The notes beneath the pieces were generated by a model, which was not told the DNA's origin, did not search any database, and was given only the letters and a program-made list of their open reading frames with translations. Positions 52,840 to 61,992 of a DNA stretch of 64,000 nt are shown one piece after another; position 1 is the first letter of the stretch, and every line of letters starts with the position of its first letter. This DNA comes from an uncultured Flavobacteriales bacterium (GTDB taxonomy: Bacteria; Bacteroidota; Bacteroidia; Flavobacteriales_F; PHOS-HE28). The stretch is taken from contig CALMPI010000009.1 in assembly GCA_937872175.1 (NCBI GenBank), positions 198,343 to 262,342 on the forward strand. Reading direction: 5' to 3'. Both the position numbers and the translations under genes were made by a program.

Positions 52840-52963
52840 ACGAGCCTCCGGGATGAGTGGTCCCGGGGTTCGCGGCCCTTTCTACCGGACCATGGGCGGA
52901 AAGGTTATCGACCGGTGCGAACGGATGTTCGACGAGCGGCGGGGACCGACCGCCCGAACCGGC

Positions 52964-53713
52964 TTACCGGGGGGGCGCGTTGCGCGCGATGAGGGCGGCG
53001 TAGAGCGCGATGCCGGCCGCCACACTGACGTTCAAGGAGCCCAACCGACCGGCCATGGGAATGCGCACAAGGGCATCGGCCAGGCGCAATACCCGGTCGC
53101 TCACCCCGGTGTCCTCGGCGCCCAGCACCAGCACCAAGGGTCCGGCGAGGTCGGCGCCCTGGATGTCCACAGCGGCTTTTTCGGTGCAGGCCACGATGCG
53201 AAGGCCGTGCGCCCGTGCCACGTGCAGGCCGTCCACCAGCATGCGGGTGCGGCACACGGGCAGCCGCATCAGGGCTCCGGCCGAACTTTTCACCGCATCG
53301 GGCCCCAGCCGGGCGGATCCGCTCGAGGGCACCAGAAGCCCGTGAGCGCCCAGGCATTCGGCGCTGCGGGCCACGGCGCCCACGTTGCGCACATCGGTCA
53401 CACCGTCCAACGCGACGATCAGCGGTCGCTCCCCTCGTTCGTAGGCCATGCTGATCACCTCATCGAGGTCCTGACGGCCCACGGGGCTGACAAAGGCCAC
53501 CACCCCCTGGTGTTCGCCACGGACCAGGCGGTCCAGCTTCTCGGTCGGCACCATCTGCACCGGCACACCCTGCCCTTGGGCGGCCAGCCTCACGGTGCGC
53601 GGCCCTTCTCCCGTGGCATCGCGTTTCATCAGCACGCGCTCCACCGTGGCGCCCGATCGCAGGGCCTCCAGCACTGGGTGCACGCCGTAGAGTATGCCGT
53701 CCTGGCCAGCCAT
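52964..53713 (-). CDS. rlmB: SpoU/TrmH-family RNA 2'-O-methyltransferase, most like 23S rRNA (Gm2251) methyltransferase RlmB
   Basis: An N-terminal substrate-binding domain (ILYGVHPVLEALRSG) is followed by the SPOUT core (LIVALDGVTDVRNVGAVARSAECLGAHGLLVP … LVLGAEDTGVS). Confidence 0.75.
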   Translation of the reverse strand: MAGQDGILYGVHPVLEALRSGATVERVLMKRDATGEGPRTVRLAAQGQGVPVQMVPTEKLDRLVRGEHQGVVAFVSPVGRQDLDEVISMAYERGERPLIVALDGVTDVRNVGAVARSAECLGAHGLLVPSSGSARLGPDAVKSSAGALMRLPVCRTRMLVDGLHVARAHGLRIVACTEKAAVDIQGADLAGPLVLVLGAEDTGVSDRVLRLADALVRIPMAGRLGSLNVSVAAGIALYAALIARNAPPR

Positions 53714-54996
53714 CAGTTCTGCAGCACCCGGCCGTTGCGCCAGCTTTCCACGTTGCGGTACCAGGCTCCCTTGAGCAACGGATCGCGCTCCAGCACCAGG
53801 TCATTGTCCGAAAAGGGCGAGCCGCGGCGGATGAAGGTGAAGGTCGTGCTCATCAGGTTGCTCTCATCGCCGTAGATCCACGTCTCCTCGCGTGCGCTGC
53901 GGTAGATGGTGGTCGGTGTGCCGAAGATGATGTGGACCAGGCCGCGGTCCGTGCGCCAGCCTTCCACATGGGCGGTGAAGTACCGGTTGGCGCTTTCCAC
54001 ACGCTGGTAGTAGGCGCGGATAGCGGCCCTTGCGCGTTCACGGTCCCCGGCGGCATCCAGCCAGAACCGCTCCACGGCCTGCCGGACGTTCCCGGCGTTG
54101 CTGATGCGGTCGAACTCCTGCATGGAGGTGATGTAGCGTAGGGGCGGCACCATGCTCTCCGCATCGGCCACATAAGGATGACCCTCACCGAGGACGAACA
54201 CGCTGTAGCCTTCGCTCCGGCTGCTGTCCGGGCGCAGGTGATAACAGCCGGGCCGGTTCAGCTCCAGGAGCAGGTCGCCCCGCTCATCCACCCGCACGGC
54301 AAAGGTCGTATCGGGCCTGAGGTCCAGGTTGGAGGCGCCCTGCTCGGTGAACACCGGGGACGGAAGCCGGTGGTCCTGCTGGTAGTGTGCGGCCATCAGG
54401 GTCCGGCCTGCGTACCGGGGACAGTGGACACGCAGTGAGGTGGGCCCGCCGAAGTGGTCGCCGAAGTAGGGTAGATCGCGGTCCCGCTCCATGGGCAGGA
54501 AGTCCTGCCGGACGCTCCCGTTGGCGCGGTCCACGTCGATCAATACCGTGCTGCGTGTGTTGCGGTTCAGGTCGTGGGCGGTGATGCGCAGCACGAAACT
54601 GCTTCGTTCGTTGCGCCGCAGGTCCATCCGTCCGATCAGTTCATGGTCGCCACCCTGACCATCGCCGGCATCCCGCACCAGCGTGCTGGCGCTGTCCAGC
54701 AGGGTGCGGGTGTTCCAGTCGCTCAGCGCTTCGTAGGTGACCCGCACGGCGGCGCGAAAGGGCGGGCCGTCCCCGTCACCCTTGTAGAGCAGGTCGCGCG
54801 TCCGGAGGTTGAAGAAGATGACCGAGGCCTCGTCCGGCAGATGATGCACCCGGGCCTTGAACTCCAGGCTGGACGATTCCTGGCCGTAGAGGTAGGCCAG
54901 GTTGTCCGCACGGCCTGTCCGTGCCGGCGGTCGACTGCCGCAGGCCGAGAGCAGGGCAAGGACCACAACGAGGGATGGGGATGGGCGGTTCCTCAT
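53713..54996 (-). CDS. GWxTD domain-containing lipoprotein (function unknown)
   Basis: Lipobox signal (VVVLALLSAC). The GWxTD motif HVEGWRTDRGLVHIIFGTPT sits near the C-terminus. Confidence 0.8.
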   Translation of the reverse strand: MRNRPSPSLVVVLALLSACGSRPPARTGRADNLAYLYGQESSSLEFKARVHHLPDEASVIFFNLRTRDLLYKGDGDGPPFRAAVRVTYEALSDWNTRTLLDSASTLVRDAGDGQGGDHELIGRMDLRRNERSSFVLRITAHDLNRNTRSTVLIDVDRANGSVRQDFLPMERDRDLPYFGDHFGGPTSLRVHCPRYAGRTLMAAHYQQDHRLPSPVFTEQGASNLDLRPDTTFAVRVDERGDLLLELNRPGCYHLRPDSSRSEGYSVFVLGEGHPYVADAESMVPPLRYITSMQEFDRISNAGNVRQAVERFWLDAAGDRERARAAIRAYYQRVESANRYFTAHVEGWRTDRGLVHIIFGTPTTIYRSAREETWIYGDESNLMSTTFTFIRRGSPFSDNDLVLERDPLLKGAWYRNVESWRNGRVLQN

Positions 54997-56396
54997 TCCG
55001 AAGGAAGTTCTGAGCGGACCTCCGCGGCGCGGTTCAACAACTTCTCGTGGAGGCTCTTGTTGGTCTTGGCCCCCAGCTCCTTGAGCATTTCCACCTGACG
55101 AACGAGGTTGCCCGGGCCTTCGCTCAGCTTGGCCACCGCCTTTTCATAGCTCTCACGCGCATCGTTCACATGCTTTCCGATGCGGCCAAGGTCCTCGGTG
55201 AAGCCGACGAATTTCTCGTAGAGCGCACCCGCCCGTTCGGCGATGGCCAGGTGGTTCCGGGCGATGCGCTCATGCTTCCAGATGCCGTGGATGGTGCGCA
55301 GGGTGGCCATCAGGGTGCTGTGGGTCACCATCACCACCTGCCGGTCGTACGCCTCCTGAAAGATCTCAGGCCGTTCGCGCAGGGCCAGCAGGAAGGCTGG
55401 TTCGATGGGCACGAACATGAGGACGAAGTCGACGCTACGCACCCCATAGAGCTTGGTGTAATCCTTCTCCGAAAGCCCTTTGGCGTGGGCCCGCAGGCTT
55501 TCCACATGGAGCTTGAGCAGGCGGTCGCGCTCCGGCCCTTCCGCCGAGGCGGCGAAGCGCTCGTAATGCAACAGACTGACCTTGCTGTCGATCACCAGGT
55601 GTTTGTCGTCCGGCAGCATCACCACGGCATCGGGACGCAGGCGGCTCCCATCGGCCAGGGTGGTGCTCTCCTGCATGGAGTATTCCTGCCCCTTCACCAG
55701 GCCGGAGCTGCTCAGGAGCTTCTCCAGGATCATCTCCCCCCACGCCCCCTGGGCCTGCGCATCGCCCTTCAGCGCACGGGTCAGGTCGTTCGCCTCCTGG
55801 CTGAGCCGTTGGTTCTGCTCAACCAGCTTCACGATCTCGCTTTTCAGGGCGAATCGCTGGCGACCTTCCTCGTCGTAGGCCTTCTGCACCTTGTCCTCGA
55901 AATCCTTGATCCGCTCCTGGAGGGGTTTGAGCAGGGAGCCCAGCCGCTCCTGCTGCAGTTCGTTCAGGGCCTTACCGCGCTCGGCCAGCAGCTTGTTGGC
56001 AATGTTCTCGAACTGGGTGGTCATCTGCTCATGGAGCTTCTCGAGCTCGGCCTTCTGCTCGCCGAGCTTGGTCTCCAGTCCGCGCGCGCGCTGCTGTTCG
56101 CGGGCCAGTTCGGCGTTCACGCGCATCAGCTCGGCGCTCCTGTGTCCCTGGTCCTGTTCTCGCGCGTCCAGGGTGGCCTTGTGCTCGTTGAGGAGCTGCG
56201 ACAATTGCTCGGTCCGCTGCTTCAGCGCTTCTTCCAGGCCGGCCAGCCGTGGCTCCAGCTGACCGCGCTGTTGCTCCAGTTCCAAGGCGTGGCGTGCCTG
56301 CAGGGTCCGGAGCGTACCCCGCCACCAGGCCCAAAGGATGCCCGCACCGGCCGACAGCCCGAGCAGCAGACCCAGGAGCAGGGACCCCAACGCCAT
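54993..56396 (-). CDS. rmuC: DNA recombination protein RmuC
   Basis: N-terminal TM helix, long coiled-coil, and a conserved RmuC C-terminal domain (…DAVVMLPDDKHLVIDSKVSL…YVLMFVPIEPAF…). Confidence 0.85.
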   Translation of the reverse strand: MALGSLLLGLLLGLSAGAGILWAWWRGTLRTLQARHALELEQQRGQLEPRLAGLEEALKQRTEQLSQLLNEHKATLDAREQDQGHRSAELMRVNAELAREQQRARGLETKLGEQKAELEKLHEQMTTQFENIANKLLAERGKALNELQQERLGSLLKPLQERIKDFEDKVQKAYDEEGRQRFALKSEIVKLVEQNQRLSQEANDLTRALKGDAQAQGAWGEMILEKLLSSSGLVKGQEYSMQESTTLADGSRLRPDAVVMLPDDKHLVIDSKVSLLHYERFAASAEGPERDRLLKLHVESLRAHAKGLSEKDYTKLYGVRSVDFVLMFVPIEPAFLLALRERPEIFQEAYDRQVVMVTHSTLMATLRTIHGIWKHERIARNHLAIAERAGALYEKFVGFTEDLGRIGKHVNDARESYEKAVAKLSEGPGNLVRQVEMLKELGAKTNKSLHEKLLNRAAEVRSELPSE

Positions 56397-56423
56397 GCGC
56401 CGAAGGTACGGCCGAGGCCCGCC

Positions 56424-57047
56424 TCAGTTGTCCAGGATCACCACCAGCGCGCCCACGGGCACCTGCTCGAACAAGGCTACGATGTCGGCGTTGCCCATGC
56501 GAATGCAGCCGAGGGAGGAGGGCCGGCCGAGCGACGCCTCATCACCGGTGCCGTGGAGGTAGATGTACCGGTCATGGCTGTCCACCATGCCACCGCGATT
56601 GGCGCCTTCCTCCAGCCCTTCCAACCAAAGGATCCGCGAGGTGATCACATCCTGCGCGCTGTCCGCACGGGCCAGGTCGGCCACCTCCCCGGTGGGTCGT
56701 CGGTCCTTCAGCACGGCGCCGAGGGGCAGGCCGGCACCGATCTTCTCGGCCACGCGGTGCAGGCCCGGCGGGGTGCGATAACTGTCCACGGTGCAGCCGA
56801 GACCGGCCTTGGCGGTGGCGATCGGGTAGCAGCCCTGCATGCGGCCGTCCATCACCAGGAAGAGACGCTGGCGCGCAGCGGAGACGTACAGGATGTGTCC
56901 GTCGAGCGGTGTACCGGGGTAGCGGGCGGCCAGGTACTCCAGCAACATGTCCGCCAGCCCTTGTCGGGGTGGGTCCGTGGCAGGAACGGACGGGAGCACT
57001 GCCAGGGTCAGGCCGAGCGCGAGGACCCTCCGGGCCCGTTTCGGCAA
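56424..57047 (-). CDS. L,D-transpeptidase (YkuD-fold) domain protein, secreted; probable TTG start
   Basis: The catalytic region reads …YIYLHGTGDEASLGRPSSLGCIRMGNADIVALF. A signal peptide (M)PKRARRVLALGLTLAVLPSV begins at a TTG at about 57047. The 306-aa track ORF would overlap the upstream gene by about 290 nt. Confidence 0.7.
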   Translation of the reverse strand: MPKRARRVLALGLTLAVLPSVPATDPPRQGLADMLLEYLAARYPGTPLDGHILYVSAARQRLFLVMDGRMQGCYPIATAKAGLGCTVDSYRTPPGLHRVAEKIGAGLPLGAVLKDRRPTGEVADLARADSAQDVITSRILWLEGLEEGANRGGMVDSHDRYIYLHGTGDEASLGRPSSLGCIRMGNADIVALFEQVPVGALVVILDN

Positions 57048-57057
57048 CGCGCCCGGA

Positions 57058-58797
57058 TCAGAACAAGCTGGTGAAGCCGAAGTGCACCTTGCCATCGCGC
57101 AGGTCGAAGGGGTTGTTGAACTGGCTCCCAAGGGCGTAGGTGAGGCTGAAGATACCGGCCTTGGTCTCGAAGTTCGTGCCGATGCCGAACCCGATCGGAT
57201 CGTCCGCGAGCGGTTCCGCTCGGCTGCGGTCCTCCCACCAGGCCTGGTCCACGAACACGAAGGCATTGCTGTTCTCCTCCAGCAACAACCGGTACTCCAG
57301 GGTGCCGATCGCAAAACTGCTCGCATAGATCGAGGCCTCGTCAACCCCGCGCAGGTTGCGGATGCCGCCCAAGCGGTAGAGCTCGTTCAGGAAGAGCCGG
57401 TCGTTGATCATGGCTCCGCCCTGGGCCGCCAGTCGCACCGTCCCCCGGCGTCCCAGTGCCCAGTGCACCACCACATGTCCATCGATCTGCACCTGCAGCG
57501 ACCTGGTGGTCACGGTGAGCGTATTGTCGTTGGGGTCAGGCACCCTGCTTTCCTTGTTCCCGGCCGATCCTTCCAGGATGATGGAATGGCCGCGTTGCGG
57601 GTTCAGTCGATAGTCGAACCGTTGCCGTTCGATGCCCAGGCCGTAGGTCAACAACTTCACATTGCCCAGCCCGGGCAGAAGCGTGGTGCTGCGCCCAAGT
57701 GCACGGGAGGACTTGCTGTTGACGAACACGCTCATCACATCGCCCTGGCGCAGGGCGAGTTGAAGCGCCCCCCGACCGTTCACCTCCAGGAACGAGGTGT
57801 CGCGCCGGAAGAGCTTCAACGACAGGTCGATGCCGAAGGGGGTTTGGAACAGGAAGGGTACGGCGGTGCGCACTTTCAGGTCCTGGGTGCGGTCCTTCAG
57901 GCTCCGCCAATTGAGGTCGATGGACTCGCCGCGGCGCAGGGCGTTGCGCAGCCGCAGGTCCACGTCGCCGGTGAAGGCCACACGCCCGGTGGCGGCATCG
58001 GGCAGCACGCCGAGGATGCCGTTGATGGAGCTGGCGCGGCGCGGTTCCAGGAAGAGGTAGAGCTTGGTGCGTTCCGGGGCGAAGAGCACATAAGGTCTCT
58101 GCCGCTGGGTCACGAAGGGCAGTTCACGGATGCGCCGGTCCAGGGCCAGGATGAGCGACTCGTCGTACACATCGCCCGGCCGGATCCCGATGTGCTGATG
58201 CAGGTAGCGGGGTGAGATCCGCGCGGTCCCTTTCACCACCACGCTGTCGATGCGCACCAACGGCCCGAGGTCCACGTGCACGGTGGCCAGGAGCCCGTCG
58301 CCGGTGGAGCGCAGGCTGTCCAGTCTTACACTGGCGAACGGATGTCCATGATCCTCGGCATCGCGGAGCAGGTCGTCCAGCAACTTCACGGTGCGGTTCG
58401 GCGAGATGGCCTTGCCGGCGTGCGCGCGCTCCCTGAACCGGGTGCGGCCGGCCATATCGTGGGGGATCCCTGAGCCCGAGAGCACGGCCCATCGATGGTC
58501 GGGCCCGCGGTGCAGGGCGCAGCGCAGGGTGTCGTTCAGCAGGATGCAGGTGTCGAGGGAGGCTTCGAGCGCCCCTTGCGTCCACAGGTTCTTCACCCAG
58601 GCCTCAGCCCGCGCCTCGGCTTCAGGAGGTGTGTCGAAACGCTCGGCGCGGAGAGCGCCTTTCGGCACGGGGCCGTCCGCGGTCATCACCAGCACGGTGC
58701 GCTGGGCCTCAGCGCGGGTGAGGGCGCACAGGCAGGTGGTCAGGAGCAGGGTCCTGAAGGTCACCAGGCCGGGTGGGGACAAGCAGGCCCTCATCAC
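57058..58797 (-). CDS. Omp85 (BamA/TamA) family outer-membrane protein
   Basis: Signal peptide, POTRA-like N-terminal region, and a surface-antigen beta-barrel ending …[11 protein letters not shown] with a terminal aromatic residue. Confidence 0.75.
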   Translation of the reverse strand: MMRACLSPPGLVTFRTLLLTTCLCALTRAEAQRTVLVMTADGPVPKGALRAERFDTPPEAEARAEAWVKNLWTQGALEASLDTCILLNDTLRCALHRGPDHRWAVLSGSGIPHDMAGRTRFRERAHAGKAISPNRTVKLLDDLLRDAEDHGHPFASVRLDSLRSTGDGLLATVHVDLGPLVRIDSVVVKGTARISPRYLHQHIGIRPGDVYDESLILALDRRIRELPFVTQRQRPYVLFAPERTKLYLFLEPRRASSINGILGVLPDAATGRVAFTGDVDLRLRNALRRGESIDLNWRSLKDRTQDLKVRTAVPFLFQTPFGIDLSLKLFRRDTSFLEVNGRGALQLALRQGDVMSVFVNSKSSRALGRSTTLLPGLGNVKLLTYGLGIERQRFDYRLNPQRGHSIILEGSAGNKESRVPDPNDNTLTVTTRSLQVQIDGHVVVHWALGRRGTVRLAAQGGAMINDRLFLNELYRLGGIRNLRGVDEASIYASSFAIGTLEYRLLLEENSNAFVFVDQAWWEDRSRAEPLADDPIGFGIGTNFETKAGIFSLTYALGSQFNNPFDLRDGKVHFGFTSLF

Positions 58798-59486
58798 GGT
58801 CGCCAGTCGATAGGGCGCAAGCCTTGCGCCTGCAGGATCTCATTGGTGTACGAGAAATGGCCGCAGCCGATGAAGCCCCGGTGGGCGGACAGCGGACTCG
58901 GGTGCGGGGCCTTCAGCACGTAGTGCCTCTCCGTGGGGATCAATGCTTCCTTCTGCTGGGCATGCCGGCCCCAAAGCAGGAACACCAGGCCGCTGCGCTC
59001 GGTGGCCAGGGCGCGGATGGCCGTGTCCGTGAAGGTCTCCCACCCCCGGCCGTGGTGCGATGCGGCCTGTTCGGCGCGGACCGTGAGGGTGGCGTTGAGC
59101 AGCAGCACCCCCTGGTCGGCCCACCGGCCCAGATCGCCATGCACGGGCCGATCGACGCCGAGATCGCGTTGCAGTTCAGCGAAGATGTTCACCAGGGAGG
59201 GTGGCGGGGGGACGCCCTGCGGCACGCTGAAACAGAGCCCATGGGCCTGACCGGGCCCGTGATAGGGGTCCTGCCCCAGAATGATGACCCGGACGTCCTC
59301 GAACGCCGTTCGTGCGAAGGCATGGAAGATGTCGCGCCCGGCCGGATACACCGTATGGCCGGCCCGCTCCGACAGCAGAAAGCCCTTCAGCGCCTGGAAG
59401 TAGGGTTTGCCGAACTCCGGACCGAGCACGCGCGACCATCCGGGGCCGAGCTCGGCGGTGCGTTGGGCTGAGTTGGCCGTGGTCAT
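58794..59486 (-). CDS. ung: Uracil-DNA glycosylase (family 1)
   Basis: [22 protein letters not shown] … [11 protein letters not shown] … HPSPLSA are UNG motifs. An internal Met (MTTANSAQR…) was chosen. Confidence 0.9.
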   Translation of the reverse strand: MTTANSAQRTAELGPGWSRVLGPEFGKPYFQALKGFLLSERAGHTVYPAGRDIFHAFARTAFEDVRVIILGQDPYHGPGQAHGLCFSVPQGVPPPPSLVNIFAELQRDLGVDRPVHGDLGRWADQGVLLLNATLTVRAEQAASHHGRGWETFTDTAIRALATERSGLVFLLWGRHAQQKEALIPTERHYVLKAPHPSPLSAHRGFIGCGHFSYTNEILQAQGLRPIDWRP

Positions 59487-59614
59487 CGGGTCCGCCAAGA
59501 TCGCCAACGGATCGTTGAAACTTTTTCCGGGTGGCTCCCGTTCCACGCGATAACTTTGGACGACCTGGATCGTTCTATCTGCGTCCAAGGAACGTAGCAA
59601 ACGAACGCACAACG

Positions 59615-59743
59615 ATGAAAAAGGTGCTTCTGGTATTGGCGGTGGTGGCGATGGGCGCGGTGCTCTTCAGCTCCTGCGGTTCTAGCCACAGCTGTCCGGC
59701 CTACTCCAAGACCCATCCGGTGAAGGCCGAGCGCCCCGCCTGA
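59615..59743 (+). CDS. Mini-lipoprotein (42 aa) with a lipobox
   Basis: [42 protein letters not shown]. The lipobox is LFSSC. A hairpin follows the stop. Confidence 0.5.
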   Translation: MKKVLLVLAVVAMGAVLFSSCGSSHSCPAYSKTHPVKAERPA

Positions 59744-59765
59744 TCTTCCTGAGCACATTCCCCGA

Positions 59766-59795
59766 GCCCGGCCATGAGGACCGGGCTTTCGTGTT
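59766..59795. terminator. Hairpin (gcccgg…ccgggc) followed by a T-rich tract; candidate intrinsic terminator in the convergent gap between the mini-lipoprotein gene and the OsmC-like gene
   Basis: gagcccggccatgaggaccgggctttcgtgttcc, a 6-7 bp GC stem followed by TTTCGTGTT. Confidence 0.45.
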
Positions 59796-59801
59796 CCTTC
59801 C

Positions 59802-60209
59802 TCATCGGTAGGTGAAGCGAAGGACCTGGACAAGGTCCTCCCGCAGGCTCAGGGCCACCGGGCAGGTGCGCGCCACCTCCTCCAGCTCCTCCCGCATCAC
59901 AGGGTCCAAGCCTGTGCCGTCCATGGTGATGTCCACCTCGATCCGGGAAACACGTCTCGGGTCGGCGGCCATGTGCTTGGTCACCTGCGCCGCGAGTCCG
60001 TTCAAGGGATATCCCTTGTCGCGCGCCCGGATGCCCATCACGGTCATCAGGCAGCAGGCCAGCGCCGTGCTCATCAGGTCGGTCGGGGAGAAGGACTCCC
60101 CACGCCCACGGTTGTCCGGTGGAGCATCGGTGACCAGGGTGACACCGCTGCGGGTGTGCGTGGCCTCGGTGCGCAGATCGCCGAGGTAGCGGACAGTGGA
60201 TGTGCTCAT
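59802..60209 (-). CDS. OsmC/Ohr family peroxiredoxin-like protein
   Basis: An internal Met (MSTSTVRYLGDL…) was chosen. The OsmC fold motifs SPTDLMSTALACCLMTVMG are present. Confidence 0.8.
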   Translation of the reverse strand: MSTSTVRYLGDLRTEATHTRSGVTLVTDAPPDNRGRGESFSPTDLMSTALACCLMTVMGIRARDKGYPLNGLAAQVTKHMAADPRRVSRIEVDITMDGTGLDPVMREELEEVARTCPVALSLREDLVQVLRFTYR

Positions 60210-60258
60210 GAACCGGGGTCGGCAAGGTAGCGTTGTCTTCGTAGCTTTGACAGCTTCC

Positions 60259-61005
60259 ATGCGAGGATCGACCCTTCTGTGGCTTTGGCTGCTGCCGGTA
60301 GTGCTGGCGGCCCAGCAGACGGTGTACGATGAGACGCGGATCCTGTACAAGAAGGAGGTACATGGCGGTCTCATGGCCCATGGTGACGGGTGGGGCGTCA
60401 ACTTCTTCCACGGAAAGCACCGCACCGCCCGTTCGCGGCGGATGATCGGCATCGAGATCGTGGGCATGAAGCACCCCAAGGAGATCAAGAGCTTCAACCC
60501 GTATTACGAGGATGCCCGCGGCTACTTCTACGGGAAACTGAACAGTGTGCTGCTGTTCCGGCCCACCTGGGGGCGCAAGGAGCTCATCACCGACAAGCTG
60601 CGCAAGAGCGGTGTGGAGGTGAACTACGTCTGGGGGATCGGGCCGTCCTTCGCCATGCTGAAACCGGTGTATCTGCAGATCGGCAAGCCCAGTCTGCCGT
60701 ATGAGACGATCGCGGTGGAGCGCTATGACCCGGAGGTGCACTATCCCGATGACATCTTTGGTCGGGCCTCCTGGTTCAAGGGCATTGAGGAGTCGCGGTT
60801 CCGTGTGGGCGGCTTCGCGCGCTTCGGGCTCAACTTCGAGCACTCCGGCTCGGCGGCGGGCATCAAGGCCCTCGAAGTGGGGGGCACCGTCGACGTGTTC
60901 CCGGAGCGCCTGCCCATCATGGCCGAATTGGACGGGGTGGAGAACAAGCAGGTTTTCCTGGAATTGTACATCAGTATTCAGTTCGGCAAGAAGTTCGTGC
61001 GATGA
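60259..61005 (+). CDS. Secreted hypothetical protein (~248 aa), possibly an outer-membrane beta-strand-rich protein; its stop overlaps the lipA start by 4 nt
   Basis: Signal peptide [20 protein letters not shown]. The composition alternates hydrophobic and polar residues and is aromatic-rich. No family was recognised. Confidence 0.6.
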   Translation: MRGSTLLWLWLLPVVLAAQQTVYDETRILYKKEVHGGLMAHGDGWGVNFFHGKHRTARSRRMIGIEIVGMKHPKEIKSFNPYYEDARGYFYGKLNSVLLFRPTWGRKELITDKLRKSGVEVNYVWGIGPSFAMLKPVYLQIGKPSLPYETIAVERYDPEVHYPDDIFGRASWFKGIEESRFRVGGFARFGLNFEHSGSAAGIKALEVGGTVDVFPERLPIMAELDGVENKQVFLELYISIQFGKKFVR

Positions 61006-61874
61006 GCGTGGAGGATGGCGTAGCGGGGGTGAGGCCCGCCCGGCGACCCGAATGGCTGAGGGTGAAGCTGCCCACCGGTGAGAATTACCGGAAGGTCCGG
61101 TCCATCGTCAGTGAGCACAAGCTCCACACCATCTGCCAGAGCGGCAACTGCCCCAACATGGGCGAATGCTGGGGCGAGGGCACGGCCACCTTCATGATCC
61201 TGGGCAACGTGTGCACACGGAGCTGCGGGTTCTGTGCCGTGGCCACCGGCCGCCCCGAACCGGTGGACCCGTTCGAGCCGGCCCGCGTGGCGCGCAGCGT
61301 GGAGCTGATGGGGGTGAAGCATTGCGTCATCACCAGTGTGGACCGGGACGACCTGGAAGATGGCGGTGCGGATACCTGGGCCCGGACCATCCGGGCCGTC
61401 CGGCGTCGCTGTCCCGGCAGCACGATGGAGACCCTGATCCCGGATTTCAAGGGGCGCTGGCAGGACCTGGCCGTGGTGCTGGAGGCTGCTCCGGACGTGC
61501 TCTCCCATAATCTGGAGACGGTAAGGCGCCTTTCCAAGCAGGTCCGTGTACAGGCCCGGTACGACCGAAGCCTCGAGGTGCTGATGCGGGCCAAACGGGC
61601 GGGTCTGCGCACCAAGAGCGGCATCATGCTGGGCTTGGGCGAGACCGACCAGGAGGTGCTGGAGACCATGGACGACCTGCGTGCCGTGGGAACGGATGTG
61701 ATGACCATCGGGCAGTACCTGCAGCCGACCAAGGACCATCTCAGCGTGCAGGAGTTCGTGCATCCCGATCGCTTCGCGCGGTTCAGGGAGGAAGGGCTGG
61801 CCCGCGGATTCCGGTTCGTGGAGAGCGGGCCGCTGGTGCGCTCCAGCTATCACGCCGAGCGCCACGTGGGGTAG
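61002..61874 (+). CDS. lipA: Lipoyl synthase
   Basis: The radical-SAM and auxiliary-cluster cysteine motifs [13 protein letters not shown] … [10 protein letters not shown] are present. Confidence 0.95.
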   Translation: MSVEDGVAGVRPARRPEWLRVKLPTGENYRKVRSIVSEHKLHTICQSGNCPNMGECWGEGTATFMILGNVCTRSCGFCAVATGRPEPVDPFEPARVARSVELMGVKHCVITSVDRDDLEDGGADTWARTIRAVRRRCPGSTMETLIPDFKGRWQDLAVVLEAAPDVLSHNLETVRRLSKQVRVQARYDRSLEVLMRAKRAGLRTKSGIMLGLGETDQEVLETMDDLRAVGTDVMTIGQYLQPTKDHLSVQEFVHPDRFARFREEGLARGFRFVESGPLVRSSYHAERHVG

Positions 61875-61992
61875 GTCGGACCGGTATAGGATCGACGGAA
61901 TTGTGACCGAGGTGCGCGTGGGAACGGAACCGTGCCGACTATCTTTGTGTTCCTTCGTCAACGAACCCCAACCGGCCATTCCGACCACTCCC

